NCBI RefSeq assembly: GCF_963921235.1
Contig: NC_086120.1
Span: 31,248,001 to 31,312,000 of the forward strand
DNA: 64,000 nucleotides
Reading direction: 5' to 3'
DNA from: Mobula hypostoma
Taxonomy: Eukaryota
Under the pieces are notes generated by a model. The model saw nothing but the letters and a program-made list of their open reading frames with translations. It was not told the DNA's origin and did no database searches. This document shows, in pieces, positions 62,816 through 64,000 of this stretch (position 1 is its first letter; each line of letters opens with the position of its first letter). The position numbers and the translations under genes are program-made.

Positions 62816-63204
62816 TCATGAAATTTGTTCTTTTGTGGCAGCAGTACAATGCAAAATTCCAGGCAACTTTTTGATAGTGTCTTTTCTTCAGAAAATGACT
62901 GAAAATCATGGTGCAAACACAATTTCCCTTCCTGATGCAATTCTAAATTGTAAAGTTAAGGCTTTTAAAATTACAGGAGAGCAGTATCAATAATTCTGGC
63001 AGTCTTTATTTGAAAGAAAATGTTGGTGGACTTCATCTTCAACTAAGTATGTAAACATTTATAAGAACTATATATTTATTGTGATCTAAGGAATGTGACT
63101 GACAGCATATACAGTATAATTTGGGGTTAAGATAATGAAAGCTTATGTGCGTTTTAAAATTAAATGCATGCATAATGTAGAATTTGTAACTATTAATAAA
63201 ACTT

Positions 63205-63455
63205 TCAAACAAGAGAGAATCTGCAGATGCTAAAAATCCAAGCAACACATACAAAATGCTGGAGAAACTCAGCTGGCCAGGCAGCATCAATGGAGAAAAG
63301 TACAGTTGACGTTTCGGGCCGAGACCCTTTGGCAGGACTGGGAAAAAAAAGATTAGGAGTAGATTTAAAAGGTGTTGGGGGGGTGGGGAAGAGAAACACA
63401 AAGTGATAAGTGAAACTGGAAAAGGGGGGGGATGAAGTAAACAGCTGGGAAATTG
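63205..63455 (-). mobile_element. Penelope-like terminus with tail and decayed hammerhead
   Basis: Minus strand CAGTC-CTGCCAA-AGGGTCTCGGCCC-GAAACGTC-AACTG. Confidence 0.8.
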
Positions 63456-64000
63456 ACCCTCTTTCCAAATACTTTCAATACCTTTAACATTAAAGTAATA
63501 GTGTTCATCTACATAAAGGCTTCAGTCTTTATGGACTGAAGGAAGTGCCTGGCCCTTACTAAAGGGGCTAAATAGCAATAAAATATAAACAGAAAATGCT
63601 TTAAGAACTCAGAAGGTCAGGCAGTATCTGTAGAAGGCCTTTTGTCAGCACAGAGAAACATTAGTCTTCATAGTAGAGAGGTTGGGGGGGGCAAGGGCTG
63701 AAATACAAGGAATAACTGTAAATGAGTGAAGTGAAGTAGCCATTAAGTAGACATCAATGCTGTCTGGTCTGCTGTTTCTCCAGCGTTTTCTGTTTTTATT
63801 TCAGGTTTCCGGTATCCGCAATGTTTTTTTAAAAGTATCAATTGCCAAAGAGTGGTCAGTGGTGATAGGAATAATGCTGAGATACATCCTAGGATGTGAG
63901 GGGAGCTGGGGTCATTAGGTGTATCGGGTCTTTTAACATCAGTCACCCTTGCCTGGGCGACCCAGACAGGGCTGCTCAGGCCATGGCTTGTGTCCCAATA

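Overview
This is eukaryotic vertebrate DNA. The repeat content (HE1/V-SINEs, CR1, L2, Rex1/Babar, RTE, Tx1, Penelope-like elements, Tc1, solo LTRs) points to a cartilaginous fish, probably a ray or skate; that assignment is inference. Most of the window is transposon debris, and nearly all long ORFs in the track are TE remnants or chance ORFs. I recognised no host protein-coding exon. The clearest host signal is a CpG-rich promoter region at ~11.1-12.5 kb with ZNF143/THAP11-type, NRF1-like and ETS motifs. It has a candidate minus-strand first exon and a second exon carrying a strong-Kozak 34-aa small ORF. The most striking structure is a set of young, ultra-short Penelope-like insertions (about 50-160 bp) with 11-15 bp target-site duplications. 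They carry whole or partial minimal hammerhead ribozyme motifs and reuse two fixed element termini ~37 nt apart, often joined in opposite orientation. Other notable items are nested solo LTRs, a young CpG-rich RTE copy, a candidate SRF/Ets/AP-1/NR4A enhancer at ~40.3-40.5 kb, and a CTCF motif. Family names come from motif recognition, not database searches, and boundaries of old elements are approximate.
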